Source: an uncultured bacterium | Lineage (GTDB): Bacteria > Zixibacteria > MSB-5A5 > UBA10806 | DNA: 64,000 bases | Direction: 5' to 3' | Assembly (NCBI GenBank): GCA_965541585.1 | Contig: CBEUCH010000004.1 | Coordinates: 32,001 to 96,000, forward strand | In this document: piece by piece, positions 1 to 9,014 of the stretch | Position numbering within the stretch: the stretch's first letter is position 1 | Layout of the letters: every line of letters starts with the position of its first letter | Notes under the pieces: model-generated | Database searches by the model: none | Told to the model about the DNA's origin: nothing | Seen by the model: only the letters and a program-made list of their open reading frames with translations | Program-made: the position numbers and the translations under genes

Positions 1-293
1 ATAGTATTGGGAAAGACTTCCTTCCAGGTTTCTGCACCCAACTCAATCGGATCCTGTTTGATTTGCGCCTTTTCCTGATCTGGCATAAAATACCCGTTTC
101 TTCGAAATGCCTCGCCAAAGGCATTGCGTTTAGGGATAGCCACGTGACATGTAGTACAGGTCGTCTTGTACTTTCTGGCAAACGCCGGGATAGCCGCCGC
201 ATCCCTGCAAAACATTATGATTACCAGCACAGCAAAGAGCACAATCGCGCACCGGCCAAAAAGTGCAGTATGATTCATAGTATTGTTTTGCAT
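1..293 (-). CDS. Cyc2-like cytochrome c-porin fusion, 5' part (runs off the window edge)
   Basis: Not in the ORF track. Manual translation from ATG at 293: MQNNTMNHTALFGRCAIVLFAVLVIIMFCRDAAAIPAFARKYKTTCTTCHVAIPKRNAFGEAFRRNGY... It has a signal peptide, AxPxFARKY and CxxCH, and is a paralog of 7499..8782. Confidence 0.8.
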   Translation of the reverse strand, partial: MQNNTMNHTALFGRCAIVLFAVLVIIMFCRDAAAIPAFARKYKTTCTTCHVAIPKRNAFGEAFRRNGYFMPDQEKAQIKQDPIELGAETWKEVFPNT

Positions 294-629
294 GAGAACC
301 GCTTTAAGCCGTCGCCCGGTTAATCCCGCGAGCGACCCGGCGAATCGCAAAAATCAAATTGCCTCGTAAAGACTACTATGCCGCAGAGCGATACCATTAC
401 TGCCGGTGGGTTAGCTACATCATTCCACACACTATCCAACCCTTAGAATGGCTCCAATCTCATCCGGGCAAACCATACACCCGGGCAATCAAAACGGTAT
501 TAACCCGGCGTCTATTTGTCAAGTTCTATCGGGCGTTGATCCTACGCTCGCTCCGGTTTTTTGGCTACTCTCACGGTTGCCGTTCTTCAACTTCTGTCCG
601 GGTATCAGATGCCCGTGACCGCAGAGGAT

Positions 630-1055
630 TCATTCGCTACCGATCCTGGAAAGGTACATGACGTAGTAGCTGGCATTTTTGATATCCGTGTCCGAAAGTG
701 TCTTTCCCCATGCAGGCATTAGATGAGAAAATCCGACCGCTGCGCCGCCCGAGGATATTGTTTCTTCTATCAGGGCGCTATCCAGTCGTGCCTGATAACT
801 TGAGTCCGCAAAATTCCTCGGCCTGGGATCAAGATTGTAAGCATTAAATCCATCTCCTCTGCCTTCGGCCCCGTGGCAAATCGAACAGTATTTTCCGTAG
901 ACCTTTCTGCCATTAGCAAGATCGCTATCCACAATCTCCTCAAAACTATTTGCGGTTTCCAGCACAAGATCCCGCTGCGGTGTTTCCTGTTTCGAGCATG
1001 AAAAGAGAAAAACCAGTATGGCCATGGCTGTTAATGTGTTGCTGACAATTCTCAT
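630..1055 (-). CDS. Monoheme cytochrome c, probable lipoprotein
   Basis: Lipobox-like LFSC, a single CSICH and a distal Met in LMPAWG. Confidence 0.85.
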   Translation of the reverse strand: MRIVSNTLTAMAILVFLFSCSKQETPQRDLVLETANSFEEIVDSDLANGRKVYGKYCSICHGAEGRGDGFNAYNLDPRPRNFADSSYQARLDSALIEETISSGGAAVGFSHLMPAWGKTLSDTDIKNASYYVMYLSRIGSE

Positions 1056-3043
1056 TTTTTCCCCTTCTTCATAGCCATCAGAGCTGCGGTGATTTGCCTT
1101 GATTCGATATCGGAGAAGCCAAAATCAGGCTGAATAGTGGCCGGCCTGTATTTTTGAGGGTCTATCATCCAGCTATACACCCAGCCTGCTTCCAACCGGT
1201 TCCCGCAGTCATCAAGCGTCGGACCAAGGTAACCGCCGTTACCATCAATAATGTGGCAGTTCACACATTGCAGAGAATCAACAATGCGCCTGCCTGTCTC
1301 GACATCAGTCGGTTCAAACTCGTATTCAAAAAACCTGGGGATATCGTCACTTATATACACTTTTTTGATGTACTCGGCCATGAGAGATGCTTCTCTTTCA
1401 GTCATCCTGAAATGAGGCATTCGTTCCGGAAGTATCGGCCGGACGGCATATGGGCGGATGAGATAATCCCTCAACCATTCGAATTTGACTATACTTCCTT
1501 CAATTGTCAGGGGCACCGTGGAGATTGTACCCCCGTACCTGTCAATTGAGTGACAACTAATGCAACTATATTTCTCGAATAATTCGCCAAACTCGCCGGC
1601 CGGTTTCTTATAAAGAGACTTTTCAGATTCTTCAACAAGATGTTTGGCAGAATAATTTTTTCCCTTGTTGCCGAGCATAGCGATAGTTATTTCAAATGCC
1701 TCTTTCTCCGTAAAGTAGAAATTAGGCATAATGCTCGTAGAATCGAAAACGTCAGGCTGTTTCAATTTCATAAAAATCCAGTTGTAAAGGGTCGGAACAA
1801 TATCATCATAGCCTCCGAAATTCAAGCTCGATTCCAGGCGATCGCCGATATTGGACAGCTTGGGTCCTATTTTGATGGATTTGTTTTCCCCGGCAATGTT
1901 ATGGCATCCGCCGCAGCCGTATTTTTTGAATAGTCTCTCCCCATGCCGAATCTGCTCCTGTATTCTCGAAGAGGATATTGGTATATCGATTTTAACGGTA
2001 TCCCCGGGGAAAATATATTCATCCTCGGAAAATTCCTCGATTAAATAAGCCGCAATATCAAGAGCGTTCTGATTGCTGAAATAATATTCCAGCATCTTCT
2101 TTTCGGGTTGGTAGTAATGCACGTTTCGCACGAAGTTCGGAAGCCAGATCTCCCTGGCCTTGTCGCCGATTCTTTCGAGTTCCGGGGCAAAGTTTCCACC
2201 CCGGCCATGTATATTGTGACAGGTTATACATCTTGATTCGCTTACGAGGATCTTACCGGAATCCTCATCTCCCACTCCGGATGGCAGCCGGTCAATATAA
2301 ATCGGAGGTGAATTCTTCCCATCGAGACTCATTAGAAATTCGACGAGATCATAAATATCCTCATCATTGAACCGGAACGACGGCATACGAGAATTACTCA
2401 GATAATCTTTCGGATTTTTCAACCAGTGGAAAAGCCAGCCCCTGGTAACCTTGTTACCAATACCGTCCAGATCAGGTCCATTGGTTTCCTCCTCAAAAAA
2501 GCGGTTAATGTCATGACAGCCGGTACAGCCTCTGTCCTTGATGAGGAGTCTCCCATCCGTAAGAATATTCGCTTCAGGTACCTCCTCGGATTGATGGCAA
2601 GTACCACAGGAAGCCTGGATCAACTCGCGCGGAAGCATTGTCTCGTTCCAGAAGTCAAGCTTGTCATGCGCCGCTTTCTCATACGATACTGCATATCCCT
2701 GCCCGAAATGGCAGGAAGTACAGCCGAAATCTTTGCTTTTATGGATACTTAACAGATTTCCCGGATGGGTATTGAATGGTGAGGGAGCTTTTCTATATTT
2801 ATTGCTCTCGATGCCGAGATGGCAGGTTGGACAACGGTCCACTATACCTAAGCCTTCCACTACAATCTGCTTTATCCCGGGCTTGACCGAGGAGCCGTCT
2901 TTTGTCATAGAGTAAAACCTGTTTTCATCAATTTCTGAAAAATCGATCTGGACCCGCTTCCATTCCTGATTGAAATCATCAACAAGGATTAGAATAAAGC
3001 TGATGAAAAGGAAAACTCCCGATATGTAAATCCAGCGTTTCAT
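1052..3043 (-). CDS. Membrane-anchored octaheme cytochrome c
   Basis: N-terminal TM helix and 8 CxxCH motifs (CPTCH, CTSCH, CGTCH, CTGCH, CITCH, CGGCH, CISCH, CVNCH). Confidence 0.9.
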   Translation of the reverse strand: MKRWIYISGVFLFISFILILVDDFNQEWKRVQIDFSEIDENRFYSMTKDGSSVKPGIKQIVVEGLGIVDRCPTCHLGIESNKYRKAPSPFNTHPGNLLSIHKSKDFGCTSCHFGQGYAVSYEKAAHDKLDFWNETMLPRELIQASCGTCHQSEEVPEANILTDGRLLIKDRGCTGCHDINRFFEEETNGPDLDGIGNKVTRGWLFHWLKNPKDYLSNSRMPSFRFNDEDIYDLVEFLMSLDGKNSPPIYIDRLPSGVGDEDSGKILVSESRCITCHNIHGRGGNFAPELERIGDKAREIWLPNFVRNVHYYQPEKKMLEYYFSNQNALDIAAYLIEEFSEDEYIFPGDTVKIDIPISSSRIQEQIRHGERLFKKYGCGGCHNIAGENKSIKIGPKLSNIGDRLESSLNFGGYDDIVPTLYNWIFMKLKQPDVFDSTSIMPNFYFTEKEAFEITIAMLGNKGKNYSAKHLVEESEKSLYKKPAGEFGELFEKYSCISCHSIDRYGGTISTVPLTIEGSIVKFEWLRDYLIRPYAVRPILPERMPHFRMTEREASLMAEYIKKVYISDDIPRFFEYEFEPTDVETGRRIVDSLQCVNCHIIDGNGGYLGPTLDDCGNRLEAGWVYSWMIDPQKYRPATIQPDFGFSDIESRQITAALMAMKKGKK

Positions 3044-3055
3044 TCCATCTCCGAT

Positions 3056-4306
3056 TTACCAGGGCCACACGAAGTGCCAGTTTTCTCCCCGGAAGAAAGT
3101 ACCGATAATAATTAGAATCACCATGGCAATCACGAATACGCCAAACAGGATATTTTGACGTTTTCTATATTTGGAGAACCAGATACCGGTGCCCTTTCCC
3201 TTGGAATCAATGTAAGGAAGAATTACCAGGCCGACCACAATCAGGAAAGGCAATAGTACCCCTCCCAGAAAAGCCGAGTAATGCACTAGCTCCTGCAGGC
3301 CGAGAAAATACCATGGCGCTTTCGCAGGATTCGGTGTAACTGTCGGATTTGCCTGTTCCTCGAGAGGGGCATTGAAGTAGACCGAGGCAATATTCAAAAG
3401 GGCTATAACGATTACGGTAGCAAGCAGTTCCTTGGGTATCAGATGGGTCCAGGTGAAAACAAAGTTCTCCGGATTTTTCTCGGCTGTAATTTCAGTTCCG
3501 TTGGCCACGCTCATCAGGCCATATGTTTTTGTTGGCGATTCGGTAACGCTTTGTTTTATGGTTGTGTCTGTATTTTCAGGTCCTGATATCCCGCCGTCTT
3601 TTCTAATCCTCCAGAAATGAATTGCCAGTGCGGCAATAGCTAATGAAGGAAGGACGAAGCAATGGAATACATAAAACCTGATAAGAGCACCCTGCCCGAC
3701 AATATTCCCGCCAAGCAGAAGAAACTTGATTTTCTCACCGATAACAGGCGCGTAGCTGGCCATGCTGGTGCCCACCGTAATCGCCCAGAAAGCCAGCTGA
3801 TCCCACGGTAACAGGTAACCGGTAAAGCTCAGTCCGATAGTAAAAAGAAAGAGGGATACCCCGACAACCCAGTTAAACTCTCGAGGTTTACGGAACGAGT
3901 AAGTAAAGAAAACTCGGCACATGTGCAAGAATACTGTTACAACCATTGCATGAGCGGCCCAGCGGTGCATATTCCTCAGGATTCGGCCATAGGATACTAC
4001 CATCTCGATATCCTTGATACTCTGGTAGGCTTTTTCGGTTGATGGGATATAATAAAAGGCCAGGAGTATTCCAGTGACGACGAGCACCAGGAATAGCAAA
4101 AACGAGATCCCCCCCAATCCCATGGTGTACCAGAACCTGACGCTGTCTTTGCGTACCTTGACCGGGTGAAGATGAAACGCAACATTGCTGGTGATAGCCA
4201 GCGACCGGTTCAGGTCGTTATCGACTTTTCCATGACGGAAAAATGATTTCCAGACCCTGCTTTTTACAAGCCAATCTCTGGTCTTTTGATATAACTGCGC
4301 CATCAA
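3056..4306 (-). CDS. petB: Cytochrome b of a Rieske/cyt b complex (b6 and subunit IV regions fused)
   Basis: [27 protein letters not shown]-x14-HFW and [12 protein letters not shown] motifs. Confidence 0.92.
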   Translation of the reverse strand: MMAQLYQKTRDWLVKSRVWKSFFRHGKVDNDLNRSLAITSNVAFHLHPVKVRKDSVRFWYTMGLGGISFLLFLVLVVTGILLAFYYIPSTEKAYQSIKDIEMVVSYGRILRNMHRWAAHAMVVTVFLHMCRVFFTYSFRKPREFNWVVGVSLFLFTIGLSFTGYLLPWDQLAFWAITVGTSMASYAPVIGEKIKFLLLGGNIVGQGALIRFYVFHCFVLPSLAIAALAIHFWRIRKDGGISGPENTDTTIKQSVTESPTKTYGLMSVANGTEITAEKNPENFVFTWTHLIPKELLATVIVIALLNIASVYFNAPLEEQANPTVTPNPAKAPWYFLGLQELVHYSAFLGGVLLPFLIVVGLVILPYIDSKGKGTGIWFSKYRKRQNILFGVFVIAMVILIIIGTFFRGENWHFVWPW

Positions 4307-4797
4307 GCCATCAGCCTGAAGTTTTTGTCCACTTCTTTCCGGGTGTTTACCTGAAGCTTATCGTCGCTGGTTAAGGTCAATTCATACCACTTTAATGGCT
4401 TTGGAGCGGGCCCGCTGATAGTCTTACCGTTTTTATCAAAAGTCGAACCATGACAGGGACAATCAAATCCTATCCTGTCATCGTTCCACATGACATTGCA
4501 TCCGAGGTGGCTGCATATCGATGAGACGGCGTAAAATCCCTCCTGCGTGCGGAAAATAAACAGACGGCTTTCATCAAGAAAAGTTACCGAGTCGGCAGGG
4601 AAATCCTCAATGCCGCCTACAGTGAATATTGTGGGGGGTTCGTATAAAACATTAGGAAGCATAAACCGCATCGTAGACACTACAATTCCCCCCAGGCCGG
4701 CAAAAAAGCTGAATTTACCGAGGGTCTCCAGGAATTTCCGCCGTGAACTTCCCGTCTTGCTGTCCCGGTTGCCGTTTTCAGGCATTGGTGTATTCAT
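4303..4797 (-). CDS. petC: Rieske [2Fe-2S] protein
   Basis: Tat-like SRRKFL plus TM helix, CSHLGC and CPCHGSTF boxes, GPAP motif. Confidence 0.93.
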   Translation of the reverse strand: MNTPMPENGNRDSKTGSSRRKFLETLGKFSFFAGLGGIVVSTMRFMLPNVLYEPPTIFTVGGIEDFPADSVTFLDESRLFIFRTQEGFYAVSSICSHLGCNVMWNDDRIGFDCPCHGSTFDKNGKTISGPAPKPLKWYELTLTSDDKLQVNTRKEVDKNFRLMA

Positions 4798-6586
4798 TAA
4801 ATAGGATTTTCTCCATCGTTATGGTTTGCGTAGGACATCTTTTGGCACACTGGCCGCATCTAATACATGACGTTTCATCTTTAATAATGGCAAAACGCTT
4901 ATCATCCAGAACACTTGATTCCCCGGCCTGTTTGCCGGTTACCTTCAACTTTGCCGGATCCACTATTCGCAGGCAGTCAAACGGACAGACATCGACACAA
5001 CCCCCGCAGAGAATACACTTATCGCTGTCGAATATGGTATTGATATTACACTTCAGGCAGCGAGAAGCCTCCATTCGAGCTTCTTCATCTGAGTACACCA
5101 TCTCCACCTCGCTGAAGCCGGTACGGCGGTCGACCTCGATCTGGGGAATCTCAACTCTCTTTGAAGATTCAAAGCCTTCGGGCATGGTATATTTCGAGGT
5201 GTCCATCATCCGGAAATAATAGGCTTGATTGGGGAGGCTTTTAGGATCAATATAATTCATAATCGATCTGGCGGCCCGTTTGCCGTTGGCGACAGAGTCG
5301 ATAACGATCCTGGGGCCGAATACTGCATCTCCACCGGCGAAGACACCCGGGATATTGGTTTCCAGCGTATCAGGATCTGCTTTTATATTACCGTTGGGAT
5401 TTAAGTAAAGGTTTTCGTCGAGAGTAAAAGAACCCGGGTCAACCTGTTGGCCGATAGCCATGATAACTGTGCCGCCATCGATAACTGACTCAGTGTTTTC
5501 CAGAAAAGTCGGATTGAATCTACCCTCACTGTCGAAAACAGACAGGACATCAAGCACCTTCAAACCGATGGCACTTCCGGCGCGGCCGAGGATTTCTCTG
5601 GGACCTCTGGAAGTGTGAAAAACAACGCCCTCAGCCTTCGCCTCGTCGATCTCATAGCGATGGGCCGGCATTTCCTCCCATGATTCCAGGCAGACAACGT
5701 GCACTTCCTTGGCTCCCAGGCGCAAGGCGGCGCGGGCGGCATCGATAGTGGCGCTGCCATCGTCAGTCTCAGAATCGCTTTCATCTCTTATCGCGGAACG
5801 GGCGATATCAATGGCCACGTTTCCACCACCGATCACGATCACGCGGTCGGCAAGGTCAACTTTGTAACCGAGGTTAACGTTGATCAAAAAATCGATACCA
5901 TTGATGACACCATCAAGATCGCTGCCGGGAATCGCGACACCTTTGCTCTTGGAGGCTCCAATACCCATAAATATCGCTCTGTAGCCCTGGTCTTTTAATG
6001 TCTGGAGTGAAAAATCCCGGCCCAATGCCCACCCGGTTTTTATTTGCACGCCGAGATGCAGTACCCGCTCGAACTCCATCCTGATCAAGTATCGTGGCAG
6101 GCGGTATTCCGGAATACCGAGATAGAGCATGCCACCGACTACACGAGTTGATTCGAAAATGGTTACCTCATAACCGTTAAGGGCAAGATAATATGCGCAT
6201 GAAATACCCGAGGGTCCGGCGCCTATTACAGCAACCTTGATACCGTTTGACGGTGGCCGTTTTCTTGGCAGATACTTTTTCCCCGATTCCGGACCGAATT
6301 TTTCGCAGGCAATACGTTTTAAGGCTCGGATAGAGATGGGGTTGTCGATATCACCGCGCCTGCAAACTGACTCACATGGATGAGCACAGACCCGGGCGCA
6401 GATAGAGGCCAGGGGATTGGGAGCGGCTGCAACCTCATACGCCTCATTGAGGTTACCGTCCGCAATCGCCTGTACGTAGCGGCCGGCATGAGTGTTTACC
6501 GGACAGCCTTTCCGGCAGGGAATCAGATCCAGGTAATATTCGAGATCTGGAATAACGACATTATATGTGTCTTTTTGTTGGGGCAT
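4778..6586 (-). CDS. NAD(P)-dependent FAD/Fe-S oxidoreductase (GltD/NfnB/DsrL-like) with C-terminal 2x[4Fe-4S] domain
   Basis: CxxxCP, CxxxCxxxCxxxC, GAGPSG and GGGNVAID dinucleotide motifs, and two CxxCxxCxxxCP. Start placed at MPQQ (the ORF track starts at 6625, overlapping the upstream gene). Confidence 0.9.
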   Translation of the reverse strand: MPQQKDTYNVVIPDLEYYLDLIPCRKGCPVNTHAGRYVQAIADGNLNEAYEVAAAPNPLASICARVCAHPCESVCRRGDIDNPISIRALKRIACEKFGPESGKKYLPRKRPPSNGIKVAVIGAGPSGISCAYYLALNGYEVTIFESTRVVGGMLYLGIPEYRLPRYLIRMEFERVLHLGVQIKTGWALGRDFSLQTLKDQGYRAIFMGIGASKSKGVAIPGSDLDGVINGIDFLINVNLGYKVDLADRVIVIGGGNVAIDIARSAIRDESDSETDDGSATIDAARAALRLGAKEVHVVCLESWEEMPAHRYEIDEAKAEGVVFHTSRGPREILGRAGSAIGLKVLDVLSVFDSEGRFNPTFLENTESVIDGGTVIMAIGQQVDPGSFTLDENLYLNPNGNIKADPDTLETNIPGVFAGGDAVFGPRIVIDSVANGKRAARSIMNYIDPKSLPNQAYYFRMMDTSKYTMPEGFESSKRVEIPQIEVDRRTGFSEVEMVYSDEEARMEASRCLKCNINTIFDSDKCILCGGCVDVCPFDCLRIVDPAKLKVTGKQAGESSVLDDKRFAIIKDETSCIRCGQCAKRCPTQTITMEKILFNEYTNA

Positions 6587-6596
6587 CTTTGCCCTT

Positions 6597-7205
6597 TTAT
6601 CTATTGAGTTTGAATTCTCTCTCAATAGTACCCTTTTCGGAAACTTCCACGGCCTGCGATTCGGCTTTCAATTTCGGATGCCACACTTTCAGAGTGTAGC
6701 TTCCTTCGGGGACATTGTCAATTTGAAAACTTCCCGAGTCATCCGCCATGGAAAAGTAAGGACTTTCCATTATCACCACGAAGGCTTCCATTTCCGGGTG
6801 AACATTACAGAGCATGACCGCATCGCAAACCTTATCGCACCTTTTCTCAAAAGTAAATGACCTTATTTCGCCTGCCGGCCATGTACCCAGGTTAAACTTA
6901 TCAGCAGACTTATCAGGTGTAAACACATTATGTGCAACTTCGTCGCTATTTAGAAAGTCTACGGTGGTCCCTGCCAGGACCGGAAGTATGTGAGGGATGA
7001 ATACCAGGTTTTTCTGATCCATAACTTCGTGTTTTGCGGGTGCTTTGAATTCGCCCTGTATGCCCTCGATATAGATCAGGGTATGCGGCAGATATTTGCT
7101 TTTTTTAGCTGTTATCTTGCCCTTAATTGTACCTGCCTGAATAGGAATCCATGTCAGAAAACTGGCAATCAGCATGGCGACCGTTAACAGCCTGATATTT
7201 CTCAT
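6597..7205 (-). CDS. Exported cupredoxin-like protein with carboxypeptidase-regulatory-like beta-sandwich
   Basis: Signal peptide, HNVF...CNVHPEM (type-1 copper-like His/Cys/His/Met set), and a C-terminal G.F.I.NVP.G.Y.L.VWH pattern. Confidence 0.7.
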   Translation of the reverse strand: MRNIRLLTVAMLIASFLTWIPIQAGTIKGKITAKKSKYLPHTLIYIEGIQGEFKAPAKHEVMDQKNLVFIPHILPVLAGTTVDFLNSDEVAHNVFTPDKSADKFNLGTWPAGEIRSFTFEKRCDKVCDAVMLCNVHPEMEAFVVIMESPYFSMADDSGSFQIDNVPEGSYTLKVWHPKLKAESQAVEVSEKGTIEREFKLNR

Positions 7206-7316
7206 ATCATCTCCTCATCCGTTTCCACATTTAGAATTAATCCAAGGCATAATCCGGGGGAGTTTCCGCACCGGTAACATCGGCTTGCCTGCCGAATATC
7301 CAGAATCTTTAACCCT

Positions 7317-7499
7317 CTACGGGCTGGTTTTGTTCTCCCCCGGGTAGCGCATTCCTTTTTTGTTAAATGCCTTGCCAAAGCCGTTAAGGCGAGGATAGGC
7401 TTAGTGGCAGGTGCTGCAACTGGTCTTGTACTTTCTGGCGAAAGTCGGGATAGCATTTACGGTCCCCGCCAGTAAAGCCGCCAGGAACAAGCAGGCCAT
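7317..7499 (-). pseudogene. Degenerate duplicate of the 5' end of the adjacent Cyc2-like gene
   Basis: Reads MACLFLAALLAGTVNAIPTFARKYKTSCSTCH*AYPRLNGFGKAFNKKGMRYPGENKTSP*. The DNA closely matches about 8590-8755, with TAT(Tyr) changed to TAA at 7401-7403. Confidence 0.85.
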
Positions 7500-8782
7500 T
7501 AAATTGAGAAATTAAACTGAATCGTTAGTCTATCATCGTCCTCGCGAGCCTCGTCAAGGGGCTTCCGGTATTCCAGAGAACATTTTACATTTGCCCGGAT
7601 CATAACGATCACAGCCGGCACCAACGTAGTCTGCGGATCGGGATCATCAAGATCGGTGTCTCTGTCGACAAACTCATAACGCGCCTGCCCTATTAACCAC
7701 GGGAAGACTACATAATTGAGCTCGCCGAACCAGGCCAGCGACGTTCTTTCCACAGCGTCATAGTCGGATTTCATTTGCATGAAAAGACCTACGACATTGA
7801 ATTTATCATACCAGAAATCGATATCTCCGCCAAAAACGGTGAAATCATCTTCCAGCGTATCTTTAACGGCGCTGCCTGAGTAAGCGAATCCTCCTAAACG
7901 TACAGAATTGTCTATGTAAAAGGCTGACTCCGAACTCTCCTGCCCTTCGGTTCCGCCTATTTCGCCGAGGCCGCCTATCTTATAGGTGCCCCTGGCGTAA
8001 AAATCTTTTGATGTATTCAGATCGAAATTATCCTCATCATTCTGGCCGTTACCTATACCGACGGCATAAGTGAAGCCGCCCTGACCACCAGATCCGTTAC
8101 CGGCGCCCCATAACTCCAGGCCACCGCCGGCGCCACTCCGCATCCTCCAGGTTCCGGATTGATTTCTGAGATCCTCAATTGCGTAATGTTCTCTGGTTAA
8201 TCTGTGATGTTCGGGACTGACAGTAAGCCCCACCGAACCGGCTTTAAGATGAATCCTTGGGCTGAAATCATATTGCAGGGCGAATTCGTAGGCCAACTCA
8301 GTCTCATGTTCTAATTCAACCTCTCCGAAATAGGAGATTTTGTCTCCAATAGTACCTGCAAACAAAAGTTCGAATTCGTGGGGTATTTCAAATGTCATTC
8401 CCTTATCCTCTTCAACCTCGCCTGTGGTTGTAGGATCATCCCATTTTCCCCCGTAATGGATACGTCCGAACGCGTGAACTGATAAGGGAGAAGTGCCGGC
8501 GATATCTGCGGGCCAAATGGCGTCCGGCCAGACCTTCTTATAGCTTTCAGAGCCAAGGCTTACGGGTTCTTCTTTCGTAAAGTTCTCGTCGCCCCCTGGA
8601 TACCTGAATCCGTTGTTCGCGAACGCCTTCCCAAATCCGTTTAGTTTCGGATAGGCATAGTGGCAGGTGCTGCAACTGGTCTTGTACTTTCTGGCAAATG
8701 TCGGGATTGCCTTTGTAGTCCCCGCCAGTAAAGCCGCCAGGAACAAGCAAGCCAGAACTGCTCCACAGTAGACTTTTTTCAT
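7499..8782 (-). CDS. cyc2: Cyc2-like outer-membrane cytochrome c-porin fusion
   Basis: Signal peptide, then AIPTFARKY-x3-CSTCH-x3-PKL (the Cyc2 family signature and spacing), followed by amphipathic beta-strands and a C-terminal aromatic motif. Confidence 0.75.
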   Translation of the reverse strand: MKKVYCGAVLACLFLAALLAGTTKAIPTFARKYKTSCSTCHYAYPKLNGFGKAFANNGFRYPGGDENFTKEEPVSLGSESYKKVWPDAIWPADIAGTSPLSVHAFGRIHYGGKWDDPTTTGEVEEDKGMTFEIPHEFELLFAGTIGDKISYFGEVELEHETELAYEFALQYDFSPRIHLKAGSVGLTVSPEHHRLTREHYAIEDLRNQSGTWRMRSGAGGGLELWGAGNGSGGQGGFTYAVGIGNGQNDEDNFDLNTSKDFYARGTYKIGGLGEIGGTEGQESSESAFYIDNSVRLGGFAYSGSAVKDTLEDDFTVFGGDIDFWYDKFNVVGLFMQMKSDYDAVERTSLAWFGELNYVVFPWLIGQARYEFVDRDTDLDDPDPQTTLVPAVIVMIRANVKCSLEYRKPLDEAREDDDRLTIQFNFSI

Positions 8783-8827
8783 TGTACCTCCTTAAACGTT
8801 TAATGCTAAAACACTTCCGATTGGTTA

Positions 8828-8843
8828 AGCAACAAACATGCCA
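8828..8843 (-). promoter_or_regulatory. Sigma54 (-24/-12) promoter of operon 1
   Basis: Minus strand TGGCATGTTTGTTGCT has exact GG-N10-GC spacing. It lies 45 nt upstream of the cyc2-like start, and a sigma54 activator gene is adjacent. Confidence 0.85.
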
Positions 8844-8913
8844 TTTACAGCGCCTGATAACTGCTTGGATAATCGGCAGTTATGGGACGGGGAAAATACC
8901 CGGCTTGTTGAAT

Positions 8914-8930
8914 TGTAACATATCATTACA
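8914..8930. promoter_or_regulatory. Palindromic enhancer site 1 (TGTAA-N7-TTACA)
   Basis: TGTAAcatatcaTTACA, about 70-90 nt upstream of the sigma54 site. Confidence 0.7.
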
Positions 8931-8996
8931 TTCACAATGGTGGTAGTCGTTTTAAGGCATTAGGATTCAAAAGGATAGAAATTATTTCAAGTAATT

Positions 8997-9013
8997 TGTA
9001 ATGAATCGTTACA
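8997..9013. promoter_or_regulatory. Palindromic enhancer site 2 (TGTAA-N7-TTACA)
   Basis: TGTAAtgaatcgTTACA, with arms and spacing identical to site 1. Confidence 0.7.
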
Positions 9014-9014
9014 G

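Noticed and set aside
63..661. Plus-strand ORFs 63..323 and 359..661
   Set aside because: The first is antisense to the cyc2-like gene at 1..293. The second has no recognisable motif or RBS and lies inside a minus-strand gene run.
4778..6586. DsrL or the glutamate synthase small subunit
   Set aside because: The fold is similar, but no dsr genes or gltB are nearby and the context is a bc complex.
1052..6586. Anammox pathway assignment
   Set aside because: The bc architecture resembles anammox clusters, but no hydrazine synthase or HAO-like genes are present in this window.
7202..7456. 84-aa ORF from the track
   Set aside because: It is an off-frame reading of the degenerate cyc2 duplicate.
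7317..8755. cyc2 duplicate as a DGR template/variable repeat pair
   Set aside because: Differences are not confined to adenines, and no reverse transcriptase is in the window.
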